Positions 25,964 through 40,083 of a stretch of 64,000 nucleotides of DNA are shown here, piece after piece. Positions within the stretch are counted from its first letter, which is position 1. Each line of letters starts with the position of its first letter. A program made the translations under genes and the position numbers. The notes beneath the pieces were generated by a model. The model made no database searches. It saw only the letters and a program-made list of their open reading frames with translations, and was not told where the DNA came from. This stretch comes from Octopus vulgaris (taxonomy: Eukaryota), in contig OX597814.1 of NCBI GenBank assembly GCA_951406725.2, positions 166,904,001 to 166,968,000 of the forward strand. Direction: 5' to 3'.

Positions 25964-26952
25964 CTGCATCTCAATTCTACTGTAATCTCTTTTCCCGCTT
26001 TCCTATAACTGTCTCATTTTCAATTTGTTGATTCTAGACAAATCCGTCCTTAGCTGGTTCAACTTTTTTTGCCCATTGCGGATTCATTGTCACTTCTATT
26101 ATTTCTTTCCTTGAACTTTACTGCTTCCACTACTACATTTGCTCCAGTGCGTCATAAAATATTTGTTTCAGTTATATTACTTGTTGGAACCACGGGTAAT
26201 ATGGCATTTACTTTTTGTGTTTCTTGTCTAAACACATTCCTATCTATATATCTTAAGTCTGGTGGCGTTTTCTCGGGATCATTGCATTTTTTCCAGAACT
26301 TTTTTCAAAGCAGTGTATTTTTTTCATCTAAACCTGCTACCTGTAACTTCCTAATTATTGTGTTTTCCTCGTCTGTATTAATTCTAATTCATCTGTGACA
26401 TCTTCCTCTAATTCTGTAACTCTACCAGTCTCTTCGCCTATTCTTCTAGTCCACTTTCCATTTTTCTTCTGATTTCCTCAATTTCAATTTCAGTTAACCA
26501 TTTATTTGCTCCGCATGATCTAACATGATCAGCTAACTTTTGTTCAGTGACCTCAGAAACACCTTTGTCCTCCCATATTTGCTTCATACTTCGCTCATAA
26601 ACTTTCCCCGTTGGTTCACTTTTAATGAACTCTCCATGACAATTTTATTCACCACCTTTTAACATTTCCTCTTATGTTCAGTCTGGTCCGTAGTTTGATG
26701 AGGACCTGCAGGAACTTGTTCAACGTTTCCATAGCTGCCTAATGAGAGACCTTCACCATCATTGGTTCCAGCTTCTATCTACATCATAATTTGTTTCAAT
26801 TGTATACATATTGTATACATCGTCTTCGGTTAATTATGGTTTTTCCTTCACTCAGTGTTTTTATCGAGGCAACATCTCAAGGAAGATTGTCGACCAAAAC
26901 TAAAGACTTCATCCTACACATATGATGATGTTATTCCCCCACCGGACATCTA

Positions 26953-27465
26953 CCGTAAATCCTCGAGTATAATCCGCATTTTCCCCCAAAATTTGAAGGT
27001 CAAAATCCCTAGTGCGTACTATATACGAGGTTAAAAATGAAAATTATTTTCTAAGCAATGTCTGAGTCTCTATTTGCTATCTGGCAATGTTTATTCAGAC
27101 GCATTTTGTGATGTCGGGCGCGAAAATACCTTCAGCTAAGCCTGAAAGCAATGAAGTCATAAAAGAATCATCCATAACTTGCAGTAAGCAACATTTATTA
27201 AACGTTATTACTGTTATTACTGTTATTTCTTTATTTTCTGCAAACAAAATGCACAAAAAAATCTACACGTTTGTATTATGTTATATGTACAATAATAATA
27301 AAGGACATTACCGTCTACATTTTTACAAACCAAGGATGTTATATAGACCTCCTTGACTCAAGTTAGAGAAGGGGTGCGTATTATACACAAGTTTTAGGTT
27401 TTTCAGAGGTACATCCTCCTAAAAATCACCTGCGTCAAGGGCGGACTATACTCGAGGATTTACGG
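26953..27465. mobile_element. Tc2/pogo-type MITE
   Basis: TIRs CCGTAAATCCTCGAGTATAATCCGC / GCGGACTATACTCGAGGATTTACGG; TA on the left, CA on the right. Confidence 0.8.
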
Positions 27466-27789
27466 CACTCGGAATTTTTTTTAATATTGGGAATTGGTTT
27501 TATTTTGGAGTTTTCCCTCTCTTAGAAAGGTCGCTGTTATCTCGGCTTTGCCAAATGGTAATCTACTTGCTCTTGTAGCAAAGAAAGACATTTTCTGTAG
27601 GGTGGCCGTTGACTTTATTCACCTTTCATTCACCCTTTGACAGGTTTTGTTTCTCACTTTGCAGGGTTTCCAACAAAAACCACCTTTCGCACCAAGTAAG
27701 CCTGGTAGCGTTGCTGACGGCCCGTCTATGCAACAGACTGTACAGGATTACAGGTTTCATCATCATCATCATCATCATCATCATTATTA

Positions 27790-27873
<84 letters not shown>

Positions 27874-27880
27874 ATATTAT

Positions 27881-28215
27881 TGAGTGAAAGAGCAATGCAT
27901 GCCATCAAAGTGACAATGGGGTACAAAGATACGAAGCCCGATATGCTCATCATGACTACCCGTCTGATAAGGGTATACCAAGCACATGCATCACAACCAT
28001 ATGTGTGCGACATGGTGATCTCATATCAAGATAAACAGCGCATGATCTTGCTGGTGGGGCCCAGTTAGAATTTTCTTCTGGTCGATTAACCCATCCCGCT
28101 CAAAAGGTCTCTGAATAAGGGTTGTTTAAGGATGTTGAGCGAAACACCCATGTTTCCAGAGGTGAATTATTCAAGCCCCAAAGAATCCTTCTCAACACAT
28201 GGCTATGATGCTCCA
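27881..28215 (-). mobile_element. TAA-associated ~560-bp element, partial copy
   Basis: Homologous to 30612-31166 and 57876-58435. Confidence 0.8.
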
Positions 28216-28249
28216 TTATCATTTGTATTCAAAAGTTATTACATGCTAA

Positions 28250-28640
28250 TTTCATTAGCAAAGATGGTATCCTGAAGTTTGGTGACCGCAAGTCTCCTCA
28301 AATCTTAAGAATATTTCATAGGATTTTTGCCAAATACTGAGTGGCACTTTTTCTGCAGGTTGACGAATGCGCGTCTCATTTCCACCATCCTTCAGACTTA
28401 AGAGCGTTGTCTTCCATATTCTTATCATTTATTATTTGACTACATCCCGATATTTCTAATTTTTCTGTTTTCTTGATTATACACTCTACCGTCATATGGA
28501 ATTGCAAAGTCAAGAATCTAAATGCTGTTTTTGTTTCTGTCCTGCACATCTAATCTCCTGTCTTGAATAGCATGTTTGGTCTCAATGTAGAAACCCCATT
28601 AAATTTTGTGTTCATACCACTTTTCTATCGTTTTAAATCC
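28250..28640 (-). pseudogene. decayed R4/Dong 3' fragment
   Basis: Reverse complement is similar to 16660-17080 (GATGGTGGAA.TGAGAC.C.CATT.GTC.ACCTGC). Confidence 0.55.
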
Positions 28641-29336
28641 ACCTACACAGTTATGCCTGCGTTTATACTGTTTTTGTGCCAACTTACAGCATTCATTTAT
28701 TATTATTTTCGTCTCTTTTTTCATACATTCTTCATTTGCTTGTGAGAAAATTTGAAACTATTATTGTTGTTGTTGTTGTTGTTGTACACGCTTAGAAGAA
28801 GTCTAAATATTGTAAATTTACGATGTACATATTGCAACGATGTACAGTAATAATCATAAATATACTCTCTAAATACTATAAACATGTTCATTCTATAAAT
28901 TACTTATATACACTCACAATATTGTAAATATGTGCACTACAAAATATTGAAAATATTTAGTGGTTCTGTGTTGGTTGTTGATGACAATGATATATCAATT
29001 GAGAGAAACAATGTCGATTAAATATACATTAATTAGATGAATAAATTTTATTCTTTGAAATACAGAACAACAGTCTGACGAACAATCGGTGATGCTTTTT
29101 ATTTACAAATATCATGCACGATTAAGTGCTGAACAGATCTGTCTGCAAAGTGTTAGGAAAGTGGGATAGGCGCAGGAGTGGCTGTGTGGTATGTAGCTTG
29201 CTTACCAACCACATGGTTCCGGGTTCAGTCCCACTGCGTGGCACCTTGGGCAAGTGTCTTCTGCTATAGCCTCGGGCCGACAAAAGCCTTGTGAGTGGAT
29301 TTGGTAGACGGAAACTGAAAGAAGCCTGTCGTATAT

Positions 29337-29434
<98 letters not shown>

Positions 29435-30216
29435 GTGTGTATGTTTGTGTCTCTGTGTTTGTCCCCCTAGCATTGCTTGACAACCGATGCTGGTATGTTT
29501 ACGTCCCCGTCACTTAGCGGTTGGGCAAAAGAGACCGATAGAATAAGTACTGGGCTTACAAAGAATAAGTCCCGGGGTCGATTTGCTCGACTAAAGGTGG
29601 TGCTCCAGCATGGCCGCAGTCAAATAACTGAAACAAGTAAAAGAGTAAAAGAGTAAAAAGAGTTTGATGATATTTTGATAGGAACGTGTGTGTGTGTGAG
29701 AGAGAGAGAGAGAGTGAGAGACCACAGCCAGCAACAAATTTATCGTTTATACAGCGAAAGAAGAGTATAGAACCAACAACCCCAGGGCAGACTGGAGTTG
29801 AAAAGCAGAGACAGAGAAGTTTCATCGAACCACATTGCAATGAAGTTGCCTAACAAGAAGTTTCTGATACAAGGGATTGGGTTAAAGTGAAGTCCACAGA
29901 TGGGAAGCTTTGCAAGAATTAATCACGTACAATTTACAAGTCAATAGTTTTCTGTCACCAAGGCAAGCTTTGCACATTTCAAGGCAACCTTGCACATTTA
30001 TTCCGTCTACATTATTGACAGAAATGCTCAACAGATCCGTCTTCCTTTACTCTCCATACACTCATGAATATTAATTCAGATTTCTCCATATAAAATCTGT
30101 TACTTCGTTTTTACAAACTTACGTGTTTATTATTTATTTATATCATTATATAGAATTATAACGACGAAATTGTGAACTGTAGCGTCGTTCGGTCACAAGC
30201 TTCTAACGGAGAAGTC

Positions 30217-30293
30217 ACTGGATTGATAGCATTTCGGATGGCTTGGGATCGATAGCATTTCGGATGACTGGATTCATAGCATTTCGGATGGCT
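30217..30293. repeat. three ~25-nt tandem repeats with core ATAGCATTTCGGATG
   Basis: Directly visible. Confidence 0.8.
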
Positions 30294-30349
30294 ATTACCT
30301 TAGACTTCGTTCGAAAAGCGTTTTCGCGCCGATGTTTACATACTTCGCC

Positions 30350-30481
<132 letters not shown>

Positions 30482-30530
30482 TTATCATTGGATTATTATT
30501 CTTATTATTATTATTATTATTATCATTATG

Positions 30531-30611
<81 letters not shown>

Positions 30612-31164
30612 GAATGAGAGAGCAGTGCATGCCATCAAAGTGACACTGGGGTACGAATATACGAAACCCAGTATACCCATCATGACAGCCCGTCTGATAA
30701 GGATACACCAGGCACATGCATCACAACCATATGAGCGCGACATGGTGATCTCTTATCATAATAAACAGCACATGACCTTGCAGGTGGAGTCCAGTTAGAA
30801 TTTTCTTCAGGTCAAGTAGCCCATCCCGATCAAAAGGTTCCTGAATAAGGGTTGTTTAAGGATGTTGAACGAAACACCCATGTTTCCAAGGATGAATTAT
30901 CCAAATCCCAAAGAATTCCTCTCAACACATGGCTATGATGCTCCCCCACTACTCCTGCTCGTGATCAGAGTTGCACATATCGTCAGCCACTAAGGGACAT
31001 ACTCAACTGGTTAAGGTCAAGCAACTTGACAAGCAAATCTGTGGTATTGAGCAGAATATTTGCTGTACCCCATCTTTTATACCAAGACAAAACAATGTAC
31101 ATAACACTTCCAATCAGTTAAGATCAAAAGCCATGAGAGCCACTGCCTGGTACTGCATCAGGGG

Positions 31165-31166
<2 letters not shown>
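30612..31166 (-). mobile_element. TAA-associated ~560-bp non-autonomous element, full copy
   Basis: Flanked by (TTA)n on both sides. Other copies: 37397-37956(+), 37993-38197(+, internally deleted), 57876-58435(-), 59595-60117(-). Confidence 0.85.
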
Positions 31167-31206
<40 letters not shown>

Positions 31207-31334
31207 TGTACGTTAATATCGGTACAGTCCTGTACTATCTCATAAATTAGCTGTTGTAAGTTGGAATTACTAAAATTGCTGTCAGGTGGCACATAAGGCT
31301 TCCATCTTCTATCTTCTTTCTTTCTTTCTCTCTC

Positions 31335-31367
<33 letters not shown>

Positions 31368-31631
31368 GTCTCTGTCTCTCTCTCTCTTCTCTTCTTTAAA
31401 CTTTTCGGTGGCTTTGATTCGAACCTGGTTCCACGTTCCCCATCCCTCAACCTGTCTCTCTTTTTCAACAGGTCTTCTTCAGGTTTCACCTACATATATT
31501 GACATTGACAAAAGACAAACATGCGCGCACGCACACCGACACACACTCAGTTTCTCTCTGTCACATTTTATTCACAAGATACTGATCAATCTGTGGTTTG
31601 TTCGTAGAAGACGCTTGTCCACGAATAAGAG

Positions 31632-32002
31632 TGTAGTGATGCCATCTTGGAAATCTCCAGCACGCATGCGCAGGGCTGGAATCTTCCGGAAGGCCTGCCG
31701 GGAGTTACGTCATGCACATGCGCAGAAAACTAGCAGCAGCGAAATTATCTTGTGTCTCTCTCTCTTTGACGCTAGCAGCTGAACGATACAGACGTGTCTC
31801 GTGGCGCATCCCTGCTATGCTTGAACGGGCAGAATTGATTCACTCCACTAGACTACTGCCGATAAGCTCCTAGGTTGCCGAATCACCCAAAGGAAGGAAA
31901 TGTTTATATTGCGAATAAAAGAATAAATATTTATACTGTTGAAGTTAACGGAAAATCTTGACTCTTTCTTCATCCAGTGCGGGAATCTCTCATCCTGTTA
32001 CA
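31632..32002 (+). mobile_element. probable solo LTR with promoter-like motifs
   Basis: TGTAG...TTACA ends, AATAAA at ~31914, near-TSD AGAG/ACAG; YY1-, NRF1-, ETS- and CRE-like motifs in the 5' part. Confidence 0.55.
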
Positions 32003-32564
32003 ACAGTCAAACGCGCTACATGCGGTTGCGTATCTAACCTCTTAACTGTACAGAACATCTGTTTATAATCTAACTCTATGATATATGCAAATTTAATTTA
32101 ACACTAGTCATTAATACCATTATGCCATTGGCATTGTGGCACCTATCTAATGATAATGCAGCATGATAAAGCAGTGAAGACGTCTGAAAATTTTCTTTGA
32201 CTCAACTTCATTACAGTATTCTCCTGTTCGTTTCCTAAGCGATACGAATGTAGTATTTAAGAAATAAATAATGTATGTTTTAGCAAATTTACTGAGTAAA
32301 TTTAAAACAGCTGAATCGCGGAAAACATACGTCGTTACAGTTTGGCTAATGTAGTGCTGTAGTTGTAAGCAAAGTGATTTGATAATGATAGGCAATAGGA
32401 AGGTTAACGTCTTGATATTTTCATATATGGCATGAGGAAGGAATGAGAGAAAGAAAGAAAGAAAGAAAGAAAAACACAGCAAGAAAATAAATTAGAAAGA
32501 AAGGAAAAGACGTGTGTGCACGCGAACGCATACACACACTCACACATACTTTCATTTATATTTA

Positions 32565-33328
32565 TTATTTCTTTATTACCCATAAGGGGCTAAACATAGG
32601 GGGGACAAACAAGGACAGACAAAGGTATTAAGTCGACTACATCGACCCCCAGTGCGTAACTGATACTTAATCTATCGACCACGAAAGGATGAAAGGCAAA
32701 GTCGACCTCGGCGGAATTTGAACTCAGAACATAACTGCAGACGAAATACCTATTTCTTTAGTACCTACAAGGGGCTAAACACAGAGAGGACAGACACACG
32801 GATAAATCGATTATATCGACCCCAGTGCGTAACTGGTACTTATTTAATCGACCACGAAAGGATGAAAGGCAAAGTCGACCTCGGCGGAATTTGAACTCAG
32901 AACATAACTGCAGACGAAATACCTATTTCTTTACTACCCACAAGGGGCTAAACACAGAGAGGACAAACAAACGGATAAATCGATTATATCGACCCCAGTG
33001 CGTAACTGGTACTTATTTACTCGACACCGAAAGGATGAAAGGCAAAGTCGACCTCGGCGGAATTTGAACTCAGAACATAACTGCAGACGAAATACCTATT
33101 TCTTTACTACCTACAAGGGGATAAACACAGAGAGGACAAACAAGGACAGACAAACGGATTAAGTCGATTATATCGACCCCAGGGCGTAACTGGTACTTAT
33201 TTACTCGACGCTGAAAGGATGAAAGCAAAGTCGACCTCGGCGGAATTTGAACTCAGAACGTAGCGACAGACGAAATACTGCTAAGCATTTCGCCCGGCGT
33301 GCTAACGTTTCTGCCAGCTCGCCGCCTT
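32565..33328 (-). mobile_element. Nin-domain SINE tetramer (one head plus three headless units)
   Basis: Four ~170-185-bp units joined at GAAATA|GGTATTTCGTCTG. Confidence 0.9.
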
Positions 33329-33351
33329 CAACTTATATTTATATTTATACA

Positions 33352-34200
33352 CTAGCTAAGTATCCCGTCATTGTTGAGTATCCTGTCGTTGCTGAGAAAT
33401 ATTCACACTAGAATGCCTTGGCAAACTTTCGGAATAGCACATCAACATAAGTTGGACTTACTCCGTTTTGACAGGGATTTTCAATTTTTTGGTTTTCTTT
33501 TGGTTTTTTTACCGCACCCTTGCAAATGATGGGGGAAGCTTTTTATGAAGAAAAAAAAGAAAGTTTTAGGAAATATATGAATTCTCCTTCTTCTTCTTCT
33601 GAACCGATTTTGTCAATTTTTTTTTTTTTGCACTACGCAAAACAATGCGAGAACCCTTGAAGGTAAAAAAAAGAAAATTTGGAAATCATCAGTCACCATT
33701 GCAATCCCCACTTCCTTTATTTTCAAATAGAAAATGAAAGGTAATTTCAGTAGCAAAACTTGAAAATTTTTTTCACTAATCCCGGCCCCTCATAAATCCT
33801 AAAATGTCGGGGTATTTTTTTCTTTCAAAATGTTTTTAATCATAGTTTTAAAATACGGACAGTCCGAATCTTCAATTTATTTATGTTTATGATTTCAAAA
33901 TAATTTTCAGACAAAAAGGTGTGTGATTTAAGGGAGACTTAGCTGTTCTTTCTAGCACATCCTACGGTCAACTGGCACTAACCGTGTATCGAGTTTACGG
34001 TATAGTGTGTGTGTCAAATGATACAAGGGGAGGGGGAGGTTCTCCTAGGGGATTTAGTGTTGTAGGGGTTGTGTCAAGGATTTCTTTACACAGGTGGGTG
34101 ATGTAGCATTTTTTGGCCGATAGGTGGACGATATTGCAATTTGGCGCGAAAAATTTGGTAAACACTGGACGATATGTTTTTTTTAAATTTTGAAACTGAT
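33352..34200 (-). mobile_element. Helitron 3' end (extent of the 5' side uncertain)
   Basis: Minus strand ...CAACAATGACGGGATACTTAGCTAG|T, a CTAG-T terminus preceded by a degenerate, duplicated hairpin. Confidence 0.5.
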
Positions 34201-34307
34201 GCTCAGAGGTTGTCGCATGATTCGAGTGTAGTATGAAACTCGAGTTGTGCAGGAAATTCTCATCTTCAGCGCCTTAACTGTGCTGTGCGTGCGTGCGCGT
34301 GTGTGTG

Positions 34308-34338
<31 letters not shown>

Positions 34339-34474
34339 ACGTGCCCGCGCGTGTATATGTAACACACATGTGCATATATACACACATACATAAATATGTA
34401 TATGTATGTATGCATGTATGTATGTATTTATGTATGAATACTTACATATAAGAGAACAAAGTGTACGTACGCTG

Positions 34475-34518
<44 letters not shown>

Positions 34519-37396
34519 AAATACAAAATGGGACAAGAACGCAAAACGGGACAACAAAACATCCAGATAGACGATGCAAAAAAACACGGACGGGTTATTC
34601 GAAGCCATTTATCTTCAGTCAAGAACCGGATCATCCCCGCAATATTCTTAGTTTTGACTGTGCATGTACGTAAAGTGAAACAGTCCACCGTGACTTAAAG
34701 CACGCAACTCAGTATTGTGATCTCTATATTAAAAATGTTGCGTCCATACGAAAACAATATCCATGCTGGGGGTGCTGGGGGTAGCAATCATAAGGAATAA
34801 GAAGAGGGTTTCAGTTGTAGTATACTAGGAGGCAGAGATAGAGGAGGCGAATTATCAGTTGCAGTTGTATGGAACCGATTCACCATTCTCTGAAGTGCAG
34901 CAGGTACCAGCTACTTTTGTTGCTGTTTAGTCTACGAGTAAGGTTAGCCCTAGTGAACTTTTCCCCATTTGATTGAAAAAATTTTTTCTTGAAACTTCTT
35001 GTATGCTCCTTCTAATTGTTTTGACTGTAATTTGGTACCACCGCCATTTTTAGAAACATTTAAAAAAAATTCTCTCTCAGATTAGATCCCGCAGTAAAGA
35101 GATACTGTCTAATTTTACTAATTTTTTTGTTGGGGGTCTAGAAAATGTGCTGAGTCAAAAAATTTCGAATCTTTTCACTTTGACCGGCAGATTTTAAAAA
35201 TAATTACTTTGTAACTAAACACTTTTAAACTTTGTATACTGGTAGTGTGTTACATAAAACATCTTTTTCTCTTGGCTTTCTTAAGAAAATTCTTTGTAAG
35301 TTATTTGTTGTTTAATTTCTTGCATTTCGGCAATTTCAACCAATCAATGACGTCTTTACATGTAGACTGAGCCAATATTAACTTTAATACTACTACTATT
35401 AGAGCTATTTAAAATGTTTGTCTCCGTGGGAATGCTGTATGAGCGCTGTTCACAAATATTCCGAACAGTTTAATACTATCTTTGTCAGCCTGTTCGAAAT
35501 ATTTTTTCTTCTACTAATTGTTTATTAAAATATTCATTCATGTTCATTCTGTGATGCAATTTGTTTTTATGTTCTCAGTCTCATCTTGTTTGCTGTTGTA
35601 AAATTTTTCTTTCTATCAGACATTGTAAAAATAACATATGGTTAAAATGTTTAAACAAACAGATCTTTATGTATATCTGGATATCGGAGCGGGTCGTTCT
35701 CATATAATTATAATTCTTTTTTCTTTTTTTTTTTTTTTGGTAAGAACTCCAACGAAATTTTCAATTGAAAATGCTTGAAGGAAGAGAAAAAGTAAAACGT
35801 GTTTTTCACCCTTCGAGAATCAATAATAATCTTTTCAACTACAAACACTAGGCCTGAATCTTTTGGTATGTAGGGTGGTAGACGATTACATCAACCTCAG
35901 TGTTCAACTGGCATTTATTTTTTTGGACCCCAAAAGGATGAAAGTCAAAGTCGACCTCGGCGGAATTTGAACTCAGTACGTTAAGAGCCGTAAATAATGC
36001 CGCTAAGCATTTTGCTTGATGCTCTAACTACTCAGTCAGGTCACCACCTTAACAACAACAACAAGAGCAATGGTTTGTGATTTAACACAGACCAGCAATT
36101 TTTAAAGGATAAGGCTCGTCGTTACCCATCGAACCCAGTGGACTCCCAAGAGGATGAAAGACAAAGTTGACCTCGTTGGGACTTGAAGTGAAAACGTAAA
36201 GGGACAGAATAACCAGCACAATTCATTATTTCTGACGTTGTCACGATTCTCCAACTCACCGCCTAATAATAGTTTCTGGTTTAAGCACATCATTTTGATA
36301 GAAAACGGAGTAGTCGATACAATCGACTCCAGTACTGGACTGGTATTATATTTCATCGAGCGGGTGGGAGACAAAGCTGACTTCATCGGGATTCAAACTC
36401 AGAACATTAGAAGTCCGAACAAATACGGCAAAGTATCTGACACCCTAATGATTCTGCCAAATACTAATCTTGCATAAGGTCGAAAATATTTTGGAGTTAA
36501 GAGTGTCTTAGTATACAGCTGGTAATCGAGAGCGCCTTTGCTTGATCTGTGGACAGGTAGAAATAACAATCAAATCTCTTTGAAAACAACATCTTATCTT
36601 TCTGAAAAATATAACACATTGGATAATGCAGTCTAGGCTACACTATTCCTTGACAAAGAAAAGACGAGATAATCAAAGCTGAAACATTCTTTGATCACAA
36701 GCTAGAAGTAAGAAAGATTAAGTTAATCTGGCAAGATTTGAACTCAGAACACCGAAGGATGCAAATAAACACCACAAGACATGTGGCCCGTATTTTTACC
36801 GATTGAGCTACTCTTGCTAGGCAGAAATGAATTATTGTCGTTATTTATTCTTAAACAAAATGCACCCACTTTTTGTCATTCCAACATACAAGTGCAGGTT
36901 TTCAATGCAAATTTCAGTAACTCTACTTTCCTTTTGACAAGTTACAGCACTAATAATAATGGCGATGATGATGATGATGTTGAATTCAAAATTTGGCACA
37001 AGGCCAGCAAGTTCGAGGAAGGGTATAAGTCGATTACATCGACCCTATTGTTCAAGTGGTGCTTATTTTATCGATCCCTAAAAAGATGAAAGGTAAAGTC
37101 GGATTCGGCGGAATTTGACCTCGTAACATAAAGACAGGCGTAATACCATTTCTTTACTGCCCACAAGGGGCTAAACACAGAGGACAAACAAGGACAGACA
37201 AACGGATTAAGTCGATTACATCGACCCCAGTGCGTAACTGGTGCTTATTTAATCGACCCCGAAAGGATGAAAGGCAAAGTCAACCTCGGCGGAATTTAAA
37301 CTCAGAACGTAGCGGCAGACGAAATACCGCTAATCATTTCGCCCGGTGTGCTAATGATTCTGCCAGCTCACCGCCTTAATAATGATGATGATGATG

Positions 37397-37956
37397 AAAT
37401 GCCCTGATGCAGTACCAGACAGTGGCTCTAATAGCTCCTGATCTTAACTGATTGGAAGTGTTATCGTGTACATTGCCTTGCCCTGGTATAAAAGATGGGC
37501 TACAGTAAATATTCTGCTCAATATTACAGATTTGCTAGTCAGTTGATTTACCTTAACCAGTTGAGCATGTCCTTTAATGGCTGACGATATGTGAATCTCT
37601 GATCACGAGCAGGAGTAGTGGGGGAGCATCAGAGCCATGTGCTGAGAGGAATTCTTTGGGGTAAGAATAATTCATCTTTGGAAACATGAATGTTTTGTTC
37701 ATCTTCCTTAAGCAACCCTTATTCAGGAACCTTTTGAGCGGGATGGGCTACTCGACCTGAAGAAAATTCTGGCTGGACCCCCACCTGCAAGGTCATGTAC
37801 TGTTTATCTTGACATGAGATCACCATGTCGCACACATATGGTTGTGATGCATGTGCCTGGTGTACCCTTATCAGACGGGTTGTCATGATGGGTATACTGG
37901 GCTTCATATAGTTTACTCTAGTGTCTCTTTGATGGCATGCACTGCTCTCTCACTCA
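37397..37956 (+). mobile_element. TAA-associated ~560-bp element, full copy
   Basis: Starts AAATGCCCTGATGCAGTACC and ends GCACTGCTCTCTCACTC-AAT(GAT)(AAT)n. Confidence 0.85.
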
Positions 37957-38197
37957 ATGATAATAATAATAATAATGATAATAATAATCAATACCTAGAT
38001 GCAGTACCAGGCAGTGGCTCTCATGACTGCAAGGTCAAGCGCTGTTTATCATGATATGAGATCACGATGTCGCGCACATATGGTTGTGATGCATGTGTCT
38101 GGTGTACCCTTATCAGATGGGTTGTCATGATGGGTATACTGGGCTTCGTATATTTTACCCTAGTGTCACTTTGATGGCATGCACTCCTCTCTCACTC

Positions 38198-38311
<114 letters not shown>

Positions 38312-38559
38312 TCTATATTAATGTGTAAACAAGATTAACATAATGAAACAAACAAAAAAGATCAAGAATGTGTAATCCGCAATAGGGAGAAGACATTTGA
38401 GGATTGTTCATGGAAAAAAAAACCCATAATAACCATGGGTACCCCGACTTTTAGGGCAACTGCCTCTGTTCCTTTCCTTTCTCCAGCTACAGGCGCACGC
38501 TCAGAGCAAGCCCGTTTACTCGCACCGTTCTCACCAAATAACAATAAAGACAATTGCAT

Positions 38560-38818
38560 TTGTTGTGGTGTTGGTTGCTGCTGTTACTGTTGTGCCCTAG
38601 CCACTGTTATTGTTGATCTTATTCTTGCTATTGTTAGCGTTGTTGTTGTTGTTGCTGGTGGTGGTGGTGGTGGTGGTGGTGGTGGTGGTGGTGGTTTATG
38701 GTGGCAGTGGTGGCGATGGTGCTGTTGCTGTTGTTGGGTCGTAGCTAAAGTCATTGTCATTACTGTTTCTCCTACTCTTGTTGCAGTTGCTGTTGTTGTT
38801 CTTATTGTTGTTGTTTAC

Positions 38819-38914
<96 letters not shown>

Positions 38915-38920
38915 CATTAT

Positions 38921-38957
<37 letters not shown>

Positions 38958-39009
38958 CATTATGTATTATTATTATTATCATTATTATTATTATTATTAT
39001 GTATTATTA

Positions 39010-39070
<61 letters not shown>

Positions 39071-39285
39071 TACTATTATTATTGTTGTTGTTGCTGCTAT
39101 TGTGCAGTAGCTAATGTCATCGTTACTCTTGTCACTGTTGCTCTTACTACTGTTGTTGTTGTTGTTGTTGCTGGTGGTGGTGATGATGATGATGATGATG
39201 ATGATTCATTATTATTATTATTATTATTATGATGATGATGAGGATGATGACGACGACGATAACGATGTTGGTGATGATGATGATG

Positions 39286-39318
<33 letters not shown>

Positions 39319-39416
39319 GATGATGATGATGATGATGGTGATGATGAGGATGATGGTGATGATGAGGATGATGACGACGACGACGACAACGATGTTGGTG
39401 ATGATGATGATGGTGG

Positions 39417-39466
<50 letters not shown>

Positions 39467-39570
39467 ATGACGATGACGACGATGCTGTTGCTGTTGTTGA
39501 TGTTGTGGTGGTGGCGGTGGCGGTGGCGGCAGCGGCGGCGGAAGTGGTGGTGGAGTCGGCAGTGGCGTCG
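38560..39570. repeat. 1-kb compound trinucleotide microsatellite (GTT/GGT/TAT/GAT/GAC/GGC)
   Basis: Directly visible, with duplicated sub-blocks. Confidence 0.9.
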
Positions 39571-40028
39571 ATGTTTTTCTTCCTATTCCCTCCCCCACCC
39601 CACCTTTTTTTTACCTAGCCCCACCATCACCACCATTCCTACACTAAAACTATCTTTTATAGAATCGCCGTATATACTTCGATAATCGTAATGTCACTAC
39701 ATTCTGAAACACTAGCCCATAGCTGTCACAATGCAAACGCAGCAGACGTACAAGAGTACAAATGGCTTCCAATTCACTCAACGTAATAAGTGAAGATGGC
39801 GCCAATGTTTTCTCCTGCCTCCAACGATCTCGTATAAAATTTAACCTCAACTTTCCAGAAGTCTCCGACCAGAATATTTCAGTTTCGACATGAATATCTT
39901 CAAGGAGCCATTTAAAGCAAAAACTCAAATTGCACTATGCTGGCTGGCGGCTGCAGTAGACTTAGAACCATGCTTTAATCGGATGTGAACTTATGAATAC
40001 GTCTCTCTTTCATCTCCCTCTCTCTCTT

Positions 40029-40083
<55 letters not shown>

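Larger units (their letters stand above)
24770..27758 (-). mobile_element. decayed R4/Dong element 5' half, including 5'UTR, abutting (TCA)n/(TAA)n
   Basis: N-terminal GPHQTT..KRKC*KVVNKIVME..SEP..MKQIWEDKG..EQKLADHVR..KWLTEIEIEEIR, matching the motif pattern of the Dong N-terminus at 57540-57760. Interrupted by inserts at 25655-25963 and 26953-27465. Confidence 0.7.

Noticed and set aside
30217-30293. CRISPR-like repeats
   Set aside because: Eukaryotic context, no unique spacers of proper length, no cas genes.
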